A stretch of DNA of 63,763 nt, the filler included, from Bdellovibrionota bacterium (lineage in GTDB: Bacteria; Bdellovibrionota; Bdellovibrionia; Bdellovibrionales; JAEYZS01): NCBI GenBank assembly GCA_963169515.1. It is 3 parts of 3 records of this genome, joined end to end, with 100 filler letters (N's around TTAATTAATTAA, not from the genome) between each part and the next. Parts side by side here need not be neighbours in the genome. Positions count along the whole stretch, not along the records: positions 26,326 to 55,877 come from CAUJEF010000094.1; 2 more parts are not named here. One strand, 5' to 3'. This document shows positions 39,801 through 47,524 of the stretch, in pieces. Both the position numbers and the translations under genes were made by a program. How positions within the stretch are numbered: position 1 is the stretch's first letter; each line of letters starts with the position of its first letter. The notes under the pieces are model-generated. The model was not told the origin of the DNA and made no database searches. It was given only the letters and a program-made list of their open reading frames with translations.

Positions 39801-40369
39801 TGGATGCCAAGGCTCTTGGAGTGGAAGATGGCGATTATGTTTATATCGATGCTGATCCAGAAGATAGGCCTTTTCGGGGTTGGAAAAAAGGAACCGAAGA
39901 ATATAAGATATCTCGCCTTCTTTTGAGGGCAAGATATTACCCAGGCACTCCTCGAGGAGTAGCCAGGACGTGGCACAATATGTATGGTGCCACTTTTGGA
40001 AGTGTAAAAGGTCATGAAACTCGCCCGGATGGCCTAGCAAAGTCTTCAGAAACAAACTATCAAGCCATGTATCGATACGGAAGCCATCAAAGTGCTACGA
40101 GGGCATGGCTGCGGCCGACTTTAGAGACAGAGACTTTAGTTCATAAAACTATGTTTGGGCAAGGCATGGATAAAGGCTTTGAGGCCGACATTCATTGTGT
40201 GATTGGGGCACCTCGGGAGGCCTTTGTCAAAGTAACAAAGGCTGAGCCGGGTGGGATAGGCGGCAAGGGTAAGTTTAGGCCGGCACAGCTGGGTTTTAGA
40301 CCAACTTATGAGAATAAAGCAATGAAGCAATATCTAAAAGGTGGCTTCATGAAAAAGAAAAAGTTTTAG
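36896..40369 (+). CDS. nxrA: Type II DMSO-reductase-family molybdoenzyme alpha subunit, periplasmic NXR/NAR-like (NxrA-like), 1157 aa
   Basis: GAGGAG RBS; Tat signal SRRAFLK; FS0 motif CAPNDTHNC...PRIC; Asp Mo-ligand motif SWHTDLPPGHP; TKMPDSHW, IRPGSD.A, TKSGRLEFY, PKYRHGAHS, VDINPLDAKALG.EDGD.V. Confidence 0.88.
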   Translation: MSDKKNKLSRRAFLKGSAAGATILASTQVFSGPLKYFKPTVIDNPLAQYPNRDWEKVYRDIFKTDGEYHFLCAPNDTHNCLLRAYTKNGVALRIGPSFGYGKAKDLYGNQSSHRWDPRICQKGLALVRRVYGDRRVKAPMVRRGFKDWVDAGFPRNEKTGEPESKYFQRGKDKWLRVSWDEINKITAKAAENIAKTYNGKRGEEYLRAQGYDEEMVRAMEGAGVQTFKLRGGMAFLGSTRLFGLYRFANLLALMDSKIRNVGPDKAISARGWDSYSWHTDLPPGHPMVTGAQTNDFDLFSTEYANLIVPWGMNWITTKMPDSHWMTEARLKGAKIAAVTVEYSATASKCDEVAIIRPGSDPAFALGLAQVIIKKNLHDKDWISKNTDLPFLIRMDTLLPLRPQDVIEGYKAPELSSIKFLKKGEKLAYGNKKQQSAPEKMRDDFQPYVIFDKNGQLIPVTRDDFGPNFEKLGVAPKLSASASIRLLNGKLVKVRSSFHLMEEYLNKNFTPEKTSAITGCPENGIIKYAEMIAANKEKTLFAVGMGPNQFFNADLKDRAIFLVAALTRNVGFPGGNVGSYAGNYRAAIIDGQPVYTFEDPFNLNLDRGGKPTIKKYLHYESLHYFNYGQRPNKHGDKMFTGAGHMPTPTKFMWNNNSNSTIGNVKWHYDVVMNTLPKVEFIAYSDWWWTGSCEYADVVYAVDSWAETKVPDMTGSCTNPFVQIFPETPLPRIFDTKSDLEIIAGVARAIGDQIGEPRLKDGFKFVWDGNVEEYLQRIINASDSLKGYKFKDLHDKAKQGIPALMNMRTYPRASSYEQAKGEDPWHTKSGRLEFYRFEPEFIEHGENLVVYREPVDSTHYEPNVILAEKHEAIRPTKPEDWGFSSKDLSSETRQVRNIVMSGDKVLKSKHPLKLKLQFSHVYHTPKYRHGAHSTPIDTDFSSVFFGPFGDVYRHDKRLPFVTEGYVDINPLDAKALGVEDGDYVYIDADPEDRPFRGWKKGTEEYKISRLLLRARYYPGTPRGVARTWHNMYGATFGSVKGHETRPDGLAKSSETNYQAMYRYGSHQSATRAWLRPTLETETLVHKTMFGQGMDKGFEADIHCVIGAPREAFVKVTKAEPGGIGGKGKFRPAQLGFRPTYENKAMKQYLKGGFMKKKKF

Positions 40370-40390
40370 ATCGAAAGCATCGGAGAAATT

Positions 40391-41521
40391 ATGGCAAAAG
40401 TAAAGAATTGGCAGATTAACAGAGAGATGGAGTACCCATACAGTGAGAGCAGGCCTAAAAAGCAGTGGGCTATCGTGTTTGATTTAAACAAGTGTATTGC
40501 GTGTCAGACTTGTACGCTAGCTTGTAAAACGACTTGGACTAGTGGCAAGGGTCAAGAGTACATGTTCTGGAATAATGTTGAGACCAAACCATACGGTTCA
40601 TATCCTCTAGCGTGGGACGTAAAAGTTTTGGAAAAGCTTGGGCACCAAGAATGGGAAAAGAAAATGCCTTACTATGGAAAAACTATCTTTGAAGCAGCTG
40701 AAATCCATGAGACAGCGGCCCATTTTTCTCCTGAAGATGAAGATTGGATGTATCCAAACCATGGTGAAGATGATTGTTCTGGCCAGGTTAATAGGGGTGA
40801 TTATATATCTTTTCAGCATGATAAATGGTTTTTTTATTTACCGCGAACCTGCGCGCATTGCACGTATCCCGCCTGTTTGGCGGCATGCCCAAGGAAGGCT
40901 ATTTACAAACGACAAGAGGATGGCGTTGTGCTTATTGATCAGTCCCGATGTAAGGGGTATGGCGAATGTGTGAAAGCATGTCCTTACAAAAAGTCGATGT
41001 ACAATGCCCACACACGAATTAGTGAGAAATGTATCGGTTGTTATCCGTTTGTAGAGCAAGGTTATCAACCTCGATGTGTAACAAATTGTATTGGTAAAAT
41101 TAGAATAATGGGTTTTATAAATCCCCCGTGGAAGGTTCGAAACAATAATCCAGTAGACTATCTGGTTCACAAAACTGGATTGGCTTTGCCATATTACCCA
41201 CAATTGGGTCTTGAACCCAATATCTACTATATCCCTCCTATACACGCAGACAGAGAATATTTGGCTCAAATGTTTGGACCGAATGTTGACAACGCAATTG
41301 AAGCATATAGAAAACTAAAAGATGATCCAGTTGCCCAAGGTTTACTTGTTCTTATGGGCAGCACAGACCGAATTATCCATAATTTCGATGTTAAAAACGG
41401 TGTTGCATACGGTTACGATGAAAAGGGAGATGAGATTGTTCACGTTCCTATCATCGAACAAAGGTACGTACGTCCTGCCTTTGATGAAAAAATTGGTACG
41501 TCAAGAAATAACACTCCCTGA
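40391..41521 (+). CDS. nxrB: Fe-S beta subunit (NxrB/NarH-like)
   Basis: NWQINREMEYPY; CIACQTCTLAC, CAHCTYPACLAACP, CKGYGECVKACP (3Fe-4S type), CIGC...CVTNC; WNNVETKP. Confidence 0.9.
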   Translation: MAKVKNWQINREMEYPYSESRPKKQWAIVFDLNKCIACQTCTLACKTTWTSGKGQEYMFWNNVETKPYGSYPLAWDVKVLEKLGHQEWEKKMPYYGKTIFEAAEIHETAAHFSPEDEDWMYPNHGEDDCSGQVNRGDYISFQHDKWFFYLPRTCAHCTYPACLAACPRKAIYKRQEDGVVLIDQSRCKGYGECVKACPYKKSMYNAHTRISEKCIGCYPFVEQGYQPRCVTNCIGKIRIMGFINPPWKVRNNNPVDYLVHKTGLALPYYPQLGLEPNIYYIPPIHADREYLAQMFGPNVDNAIEAYRKLKDDPVAQGLLVLMGSTDRIIHNFDVKNGVAYGYDEKGDEIVHVPIIEQRYVRPAFDEKIGTSRNNTP

Positions 41522-41528
41522 GGTTTTT

Positions 41529-42377
41529 ATGAAATCAAAATATTTAATTTTATTATTGTTAGTGGTCAGTGCCAACTGTTGGGCAGAAATTGAAGTGAAA
41601 AAGGTTTTGGGGGATATATCAATAGATTACAAAAGCGATTCTATTTGGAAAAAGGCTAATGCAGATCAAGCAATTAGCCTTATGGGGCAGCCCATGGTTG
41701 TACCCAAACCTAAGAATACCGAAACATCTTCAATAAATGTTTCCGCCGTTCATGATGGAAAATGGATCGTTTTTAGACTCAAATGGAAAGATAGCGAAGT
41801 CAGTGAGGCAGAGAAATTAGCTACATTTTCGGATGCGGTTGCTTTGCAATTTCCAATTAAGAATAACGAGATGCCGCCGATGATTATGATGGGTGGAAAA
41901 GATGATCCTGTTCATTTATTTCATTGGAAGTATCAATATCAGGTGGATGCGAAAAAAGGGAAAAAAACAATTGATCAAATTTATCCGAACATGACCATAG
42001 ATATGTATCCAATGGACTTTAAAGAGAAGGGAAACTTTAAAGAAGCCTCCAGGGAGCAGAAGGATTCATTTGTCGGAGGAACTGCTGCGGGGAATCCGCA
42101 ATCCTTCCCTAAGTCAGGAGTTGATGAGATTTTTGCTGAGGGTTTTGGTTCTTCTGCAGTTTCAGAGTCCTGCCAAGCTCAAGGATTTGGTGAGTGGAAA
42201 AATGGCGAATGGACCGTATTTATTGCGAGGCCCCTTTACTACAAAAATGGGTCTAAACTTGCTGTAGGAGGAAAAAGTCATGTTGCATTTGCCGTGTGGC
42301 AGGGGGGTAAGAAAGAAATTGGCGCAATTAAATCTTTAACGATGATCTGGACGCCGCTTAATATTTTGGAGAAATAA
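41529..42377 (+). CDS. nxrC: Heme b gamma subunit (ethylbenzene dehydrogenase gamma / NxrC-like)
   Basis: Sec signal MKSKYLILLLLVVSANCWA; V.AVHDGKWIVFRLKWKD, FSDAVALQFP, IMMGG...VHLFHWK, AEGFG, W.V...RPL, AFAVWQG. Confidence 0.82.
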   Translation: MKSKYLILLLLVVSANCWAEIEVKKVLGDISIDYKSDSIWKKANADQAISLMGQPMVVPKPKNTETSSINVSAVHDGKWIVFRLKWKDSEVSEAEKLATFSDAVALQFPIKNNEMPPMIMMGGKDDPVHLFHWKYQYQVDAKKGKKTIDQIYPNMTIDMYPMDFKEKGNFKEASREQKDSFVGGTAAGNPQSFPKSGVDEIFAEGFGSSAVSESCQAQGFGEWKNGEWTVFIARPLYYKNGSKLAVGGKSHVAFAVWQGGKKEIGAIKSLTMIWTPLNILEK

Positions 42378-42378
42378 T

Positions 42379-43065
42379 ATGAAAAATTTAATTGTTCAAA
42401 CAACGCCTGGTCCGTTTGTGCTTGCATCAGTTTTGACGGGCTATCCTGATTCTGACTTTCAAAAATCTTTATCTGAATTACTAGAGGATGAGTCTATTTG
42501 TCTTCCGCAAAAATTGAGCGAACAACTCAGGGGAATGGTTGCAGATCCTACGCAAATAGATGATTTGCGATCCGATTATATTTGTATTTTCGATCAATCA
42601 AAGTCGCTTAATCCGCTTTACGAAACAGAGTACGGGCGAGAGCGTGCTATGTTTAAGGCTAATGAATTGTCCGATATTTCTGGATTTTATAGAGCTTTTG
42701 GTTTCGAAATGAATCAAGATGGTGATCGCGACATGGTAGACCATATATCGGTTGAGTTGGAATTTTATAGCCTCCTTCTGATGAAACTACTGTACCTTAA
42801 AGAAATTGATGATCAAAATGGGTTTGAAATTGTTAATGATGGAATGAAAAAATTTATGGATTCTCATCTTGGTAGGTTTGTACCTGCAATATTAGAGCGA
42901 GAGGGAATTAAGTCTTCGGATATTTACATGAATATTTTTAAGTGGGTCAATCAGGTCGTTTCTGAGGAATGCCGCCGAATAGGAGTTGTCCCGGAAATAG
43001 CCAACTGGTTCAGTTCGCAGGTTGCGGATGAAAACGTGTGTTGTGGTGGGACCGTTGTGAAATGA
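42379..43065 (+). CDS. TorD/DmsD-family maturation chaperone
   Basis: LRSDYICIF, PLYETEY, ISGFYRAFG, DHISVELEF, FMDSHLGRF; C-terminal CCGG. Confidence 0.88.
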   Translation: MKNLIVQTTPGPFVLASVLTGYPDSDFQKSLSELLEDESICLPQKLSEQLRGMVADPTQIDDLRSDYICIFDQSKSLNPLYETEYGRERAMFKANELSDISGFYRAFGFEMNQDGDRDMVDHISVELEFYSLLLMKLLYLKEIDDQNGFEIVNDGMKKFMDSHLGRFVPAILEREGIKSSDIYMNIFKWVNQVVSEECRRIGVVPEIANWFSSQVADENVCCGGTVVK

Positions 43066-43349
43066 AACTTCGTAAACCAAGACCGGCAAAGCCAGGTGAG
43101 ATAAATTATCCGATGCTAGACCGGTTTACTTTCGCTCATTTGGCGATCGGGTGTGTGTATTCTTTTTTGGGGTTTGATTTTATTTTAGTGGGTTTGCTTG
43201 CCATTGGCTGGGAGCTGATTGAAAACCCGATTAAGGCCAATATGCCATGGATGTTTCCACATGGTACATCAGATACATTACAAAATGCTATTGGCGACGT
43301 TCTAGCGGTTCTGGTAGGCTGGGGGGCGACACAGTATTTAAGATATTGA
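43062..43349 (+). CDS. Small membrane protein with H...WE..EN...D..N..D motif, coupled to the chaperone gene
   Basis: ATGA overlap with the chaperone stop; about three hydrophobic segments. Confidence 0.65.
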   Translation: MKLRKPRPAKPGEINYPMLDRFTFAHLAIGCVYSFLGFDFILVGLLAIGWELIENPIKANMPWMFPHGTSDTLQNAIGDVLAVLVGWGATQYLRY

Positions 43350-43429
43350 TGAATGGTGATCCTCTATGCTCGAAACTGCAGCGCATTGAGGAGAGCCAAC
43401 GATCCGCCCAGAGAATAGACTTTACGGTA

Positions 43430-44995
43430 ATGGCATTAGAGCAAAGGGCGCATACGCTTGCATTAGAATTCTTGAAGGTTAGCTCTCAATTTCGATTGGG
43501 CGAATTGCCAACTGAAATGCCCCATCTGAAAACGATAAATCTATCCGAGGATGCTAAATTTAACTTAAACGTAGCGATTCAAAATATCCAAAGTATTGAT
43601 TTAGACGCCTTTAAGCAGCTGCAAAATTATTTGCCCAAATTAGAATCTTTGAAGAAAGACATAAGGCAGACGCTTACAAGTGGGGGCCGTGTTTTTCTGT
43701 GCGGTTGCGGGGCAACCGGAAGGTTATCGCTCGCGCTCGAAACGATTTGGCGATACCAGCATCGAGATGTTTTTTCAGATCGGATTGTTAGCTTTATGGC
43801 GGGTGGGGATGTGGCGCTCATTCAATCCATAGAAAAGTTCGAAGATTTCCCAGAATATGGGGAGCGGCAACTGAAGGATCTTGGTTTTGATAAAAATGAC
43901 TTGCTTGTTTCGTGTTCAGAGGGGGGCGAGACCCCGTTTGTCATCGGCGCGACAGTGGCCGCAAGCAGGATCAGCGAGCGTGCACCGTATTTTCTGTACT
44001 GCAACCCGGATGATATTTTGTCCAGAACTGCAGAACGTTCAAAAAGGATTATCGAGGATCCGCTGATTCGAAAAATAAATCTCACCGTTGGCCCTATGGC
44101 ATTAACGGGGTCTACACGTATGCAGGCTACGACAATTCTGATGTACGCAGTGGGGCTCTGCCTGTGGTTTTATGATGCGCACTTCGCCGATCTGAAAAAT
44201 GAGTTGCAACGCGTGATCGACTTCTTAGAGAAAAATAATTTTGATTTCCTAAAACCTTTTATAGAGACCGAATCGGAACTCTATAGCAACAATGAATATC
44301 TATTTTACGAAGCCGATGGAGATCTGGGAATCAGCATATTGACCGATACGACGGAACGATCGCCGACGTTTAGTCTTTACCCATTTGAAAACCAAAACGA
44401 TAAAATCAAAAATCCCTCTCTTTCGTATCTTTTGTTTTCGCGTGAGCCGGATAGTGCATCTGCCTGGGAAAAACTTCTGGGGCGTAAACCGCGCACCTTT
44501 CACTGGCGCGAAGTAACGGACGAAACAAACTATGACAGATTGGTCGGTTTTGATTTCAGTAGAAAGATCGAGCAGCTAAGATTAAAATATCTAAAAGCGG
44601 CACACGCGCACTTTAAGATTCAGTTCGAAGCGAAAACGAATTCGTTTTTATTTCAGTTGAAAGGTGTTACGCACTCTCTTTATTTGAAGGATCTGAATTT
44701 CCTGTCAGCACATTTAATTTTGAAAATCTGCCTGAATAATCTATCGACGCTCGTCATGGGTCGGCTTGGACGATACGAATCCAACCTGATGACCTGGGTG
44801 CGTGCGAGTAATAACAAATTGGTCGATCGAGCGGTTCGATACGCAGCTCTTATGCTTGAGCGTAAAGGTGTAGTCGTTTCGTATGAAGATTTAGTTTTCG
44901 CTTGTTTTAGAAATGCAGAGAAACTGCCGAAGGACCAATCACTTGTGCTTTCTCTGGTCGGAGAATTCGCAAAGGTTCCAGGTTCCTTTTCTTAG
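43430..44995 (+). CDS. SIS-domain protein, MurQ / glucokinase-regulator-like
   Basis: LPTE.PH, GRVFLCGCGATGRLS, AGGD.AL..SIE.FED, SEGGETPFVIG, GPMALTGSTRMQA, N.M..V.ASNNKLVDRA; ATG 43430 preferred. Confidence 0.75.
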   Translation: MALEQRAHTLALEFLKVSSQFRLGELPTEMPHLKTINLSEDAKFNLNVAIQNIQSIDLDAFKQLQNYLPKLESLKKDIRQTLTSGGRVFLCGCGATGRLSLALETIWRYQHRDVFSDRIVSFMAGGDVALIQSIEKFEDFPEYGERQLKDLGFDKNDLLVSCSEGGETPFVIGATVAASRISERAPYFLYCNPDDILSRTAERSKRIIEDPLIRKINLTVGPMALTGSTRMQATTILMYAVGLCLWFYDAHFADLKNELQRVIDFLEKNNFDFLKPFIETESELYSNNEYLFYEADGDLGISILTDTTERSPTFSLYPFENQNDKIKNPSLSYLLFSREPDSASAWEKLLGRKPRTFHWREVTDETNYDRLVGFDFSRKIEQLRLKYLKAAHAHFKIQFEAKTNSFLFQLKGVTHSLYLKDLNFLSAHLILKICLNNLSTLVMGRLGRYESNLMTWVRASNNKLVDRAVRYAALMLERKGVVVSYEDLVFACFRNAEKLPKDQSLVLSLVGEFAKVPGSFS

Positions 44996-45101
44996 TAAAA
45001 ATGTCCGAATATCGAACCCATGTGACTTCGGGGCGCCACTTTAGGTGATCGCATTCTCCCCCCTATTATTGTAGTTGAACGGATAAATTTGTAGGTCTAA
45101 A

Positions 45102-45629
45102 ATGGATTCTATGAATCTTGTTAAAAGTTTTAGAGAAATCGTCGACTTTTTTAATTCGGAAAAAATTGGATATGCATTGATTGGCGGGTGGGCATTATCT
45201 GTTTATGTAAATGCAAGAGCAACCTATGACATTGATTTTTTGGTCGACGGAAACTGCAAAGATGATGTTAAACGGATATTAAAGAGGCATAGTTTTGATA
45301 TTTTTTTTGAATCTAATGAAGTGTTACAGCTATCGGGCGTTGTCAATGTCGACATCCTATATGCGAATCGACCGCTGACTCGTGAAATGCTGAAGAATGC
45401 TCAGAACGACCCCAGCAATACGTTTAAGGTAGTTCTTCCTGAGGATTTAATTGGTTTGAAGATTCAGGCTATGGTCAATGAACCAACGCGAGAACTTCAG
45501 GAAAAAGCTGATATTTCCAATATTTTAAGTAATGTTGAGACAATAGATATTGAAAAAGTTAAACAATACGCCGATATCTTTAATGTATGGGATCAAATCG
45601 TCTCTTTAAAAAATGGCCCAAAAAACTAA
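45102..45629 (+). CDS. Pol-beta-superfamily nucleotidyltransferase (DUF6036/AbiEii-like)
   Basis: YALIGGWAL, RATYDIDFLV, VDIL, EDLIGLK, D-containing C-terminal helix. Confidence 0.78.
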   Translation: MDSMNLVKSFREIVDFFNSEKIGYALIGGWALSVYVNARATYDIDFLVDGNCKDDVKRILKRHSFDIFFESNEVLQLSGVVNVDILYANRPLTREMLKNAQNDPSNTFKVVLPEDLIGLKIQAMVNEPTRELQEKADISNILSNVETIDIEKVKQYADIFNVWDQIVSLKNGPKN

Positions 45630-45724
45630 CTTTTTTGGAGTTCCTTTCCTTTTTGCAGGAAACTTTTCGCATATTTCCGCACAAAACTCGTCGGAAAATA
45701 ATTATTTCTAAACCGAAGCTCTAG
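45587..45724 (+). CDS. Putative 45-aa partner ORF overlapping the nucleotidyltransferase 3' end
   Basis: Manual translation: MGSNRLFKKWPKKLTFLEFLSFLQETFRIFPHKTRRKIIISKPKL. Confidence 0.4.
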   Translation: MGSNRLFKKWPKKLTFLEFLSFLQETFRIFPHKTRRKIIISKPKL

Positions 45725-45774
45725 GTAGGACTTTTTCTTTTGCTTTGCTTTTGCATAGGCGAACCCTTGACAAT

Positions 45775-45851
<77 letters not shown>

Positions 45852-45871
45852 GTGTGTTGATGTAGCTTAAA

Positions 45872-46738
45872 TTACCTTAATTGATATCTCTGCTCAACTT
45901 TAAAATCGTCCTTATTGGGGGATACTGTGGCCATATCGCAATACGGATCATGCTCAAAGTACAAGTACCATTTATTTTGAGCAGCTTCAGTCAGTAAGGC
46001 GCGCTTTTCCTCTATGATGGTGAGAGGTTCCAGATCATACCCCATTATCCAGGCAAGCCGCACGTGAGTGCTCGTAGGGATTACGTCACCACAATAAACA
46101 ACAGTCGTTTTGCCATCTGAAATCTTGACCATCTGATGCGCTTTCGTGTGTCCAAAACTTAATACTGTAGAAACAAATGGTACTACATTTTCAGTTGGAC
46201 CGTTAAGAAGGGTCAAAACCCCCGCATCCAGCAGGGGTTGAAAATTTGATGGCAAATAGCTTGCACGCTCTCTGATATTTGGTTCCTGTGCTGTTTTCAA
46301 ATTCTCTTTTTGAACGTAGTATTTTGCGTTTTGAAAGGTAGGAACAATTTTTCCATCGCGAACGCAGGTCGCGCCGCCTGCATGATCAAAATGCAGGTGG
46401 GTAAGCACCACGTCCGTAACGTCCTCTGGCTTAACCCCATATTTTTTTAATGAATCAATTAAGCGGTTGTCGTGGACCCCATACATTTTATTAAAATTTG
46501 TTCCCAATTTTTCACCATATTTTTCAATGAAATCCCCGCCATTACCTGTGTCGATTAAGACAATGCGATCTTTGCTTTTAAGCAGCAGCGCACGAGCTTC
46601 CATTTTGATTTGGTTTTGTTCATTCGTGGGATTTGTCTTTTCCCATAACACTTTTGGTACGGTTCCAAACATGGCTCCACCGTCCAATCCAAATTCACCG
46701 GTTGGCACCGACTTTAATTCGTAAGGTCCTATTTTCAT
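45872..46738 (-). CDS. MBL-fold hydrolase (YtnP/lactonase-like)
   Basis: LDGGAMFG.VPK.LW, THLHFDHAGG, GHT..H, GDVIP, FEHDP; ATG 46738 preferred. Confidence 0.88.
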   Translation of the reverse strand: MKIGPYELKSVPTGEFGLDGGAMFGTVPKVLWEKTNPTNEQNQIKMEARALLLKSKDRIVLIDTGNGGDFIEKYGEKLGTNFNKMYGVHDNRLIDSLKKYGVKPEDVTDVVLTHLHFDHAGGATCVRDGKIVPTFQNAKYYVQKENLKTAQEPNIRERASYLPSNFQPLLDAGVLTLLNGPTENVVPFVSTVLSFGHTKAHQMVKISDGKTTVVYCGDVIPTSTHVRLAWIMGYDLEPLTIIEEKRALLTEAAQNKWYLYFEHDPYCDMATVSPNKDDFKVEQRYQLR

Positions 46739-46855
46739 TGTCTTTTCGGTCAGGTTTTCGATCACCGGATCTCCTTGAAATTCATTGCCCACAGTACCAG
46801 AAAGGTAGTAAAAGGTCACGTGACTTCAGGAACTTAAAAAATGAGGGAGCTCCGA

Positions 46856-47524
46856 ATGACAGACTTGGAAAAAGAAATCATATTCAGTCCGAACGAGATT
46901 TTAGCCCGTGTTAGGCCCTCCCCACATCAAAACAATGGCAAAACAGATGAAGAAAAAATCAAGAAAATTAAAGAACACTTCGAAGGCATTTTAACAACTC
47001 TTGGAATGGATTTGAATAATGACAGTATCAGCAAGACTCCTGAACACATGGCTAAAATGTATGTGAACGAAATTTTCAGTGGCCTCAAAACAGAAAACTT
47101 TCCTAAGGTCACCGTAATCGAAAATGAAATGGAATACGATGAAATGATCGTCGTAAAAGACATCAGCGTCGTATCTGTCTGTGAACATCATTTTTCAACA
47201 ATTTGCGGCCGTGCCCATGTGGCATACATTCCTAATAAAAGGGTTGTTGGGTTATCTAAAATTAACCGCATCGTAAAATACTTTTGTCGTCGGCCACAGG
47301 TTCAAGAACGCCTTACAAAACAAATCGCAGACTGTTTGGAATATGTCTTAGAAACAAAAGATGTTGCAGTCATTATAGACGCGAAACACTATTGCGTAAT
47401 CAGTCGTGGGGTCGAAGATGTGAACAGCACAACGCTGACATCGGACCTGCGTGGCGGTTTCCGAGACGATGCGCGAACACGTACTGAATTTATGAATCAT
47501 TTAAAAATGCCAGGGTTGGGATAA
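46856..47524 (+). CDS. folE: GTP cyclohydrolase I
   Basis: CEHHF, HVAYIP, GLSKINR, RRPQVQERLT, HYCVISRGV. Confidence 0.95.
   Translation: MTDLEKEIIFSPNEILARVRPSPHQNNGKTDEEKIKKIKEHFEGILTTLGMDLNNDSISKTPEHMAKMYVNEIFSGLKTENFPKVTVIENEMEYDEMIVVKDISVVSVCEHHFSTICGRAHVAYIPNKRVVGLSKINRIVKYFCRRPQVQERLTKQIADCLEYVLETKDVAVIIDAKHYCVISRGVEDVNSTTLTSDLRGGFRDDARTRTEFMNHLKMPGLG

Noticed and set aside
36896..40369. Calling the operon canonical narGHJI or claiming the organism is a nitrifier
   Set aside because: The Tat signal, C-x3-D FS0 motif and absence of NarI exclude cytoplasmic NarGHI. Reaction direction and autotrophy cannot be inferred from this window.
41322..41528. ORF-track N-terminal extension of the gamma subunit
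   Set aside because: It overlaps the beta subunit; the signal peptide begins at ATG 41529.
43141..43148. TGGCGATC matching the tRNA-Arg 3' end as a possible att site
   Set aside because: Only 8 bp, inside a CDS, and expected by chance.
43247..43429. ORF-track extension of the SIS protein
   Set aside because: It overlaps the upstream membrane-protein gene; MurQ-like similarity begins after ATG 43430.
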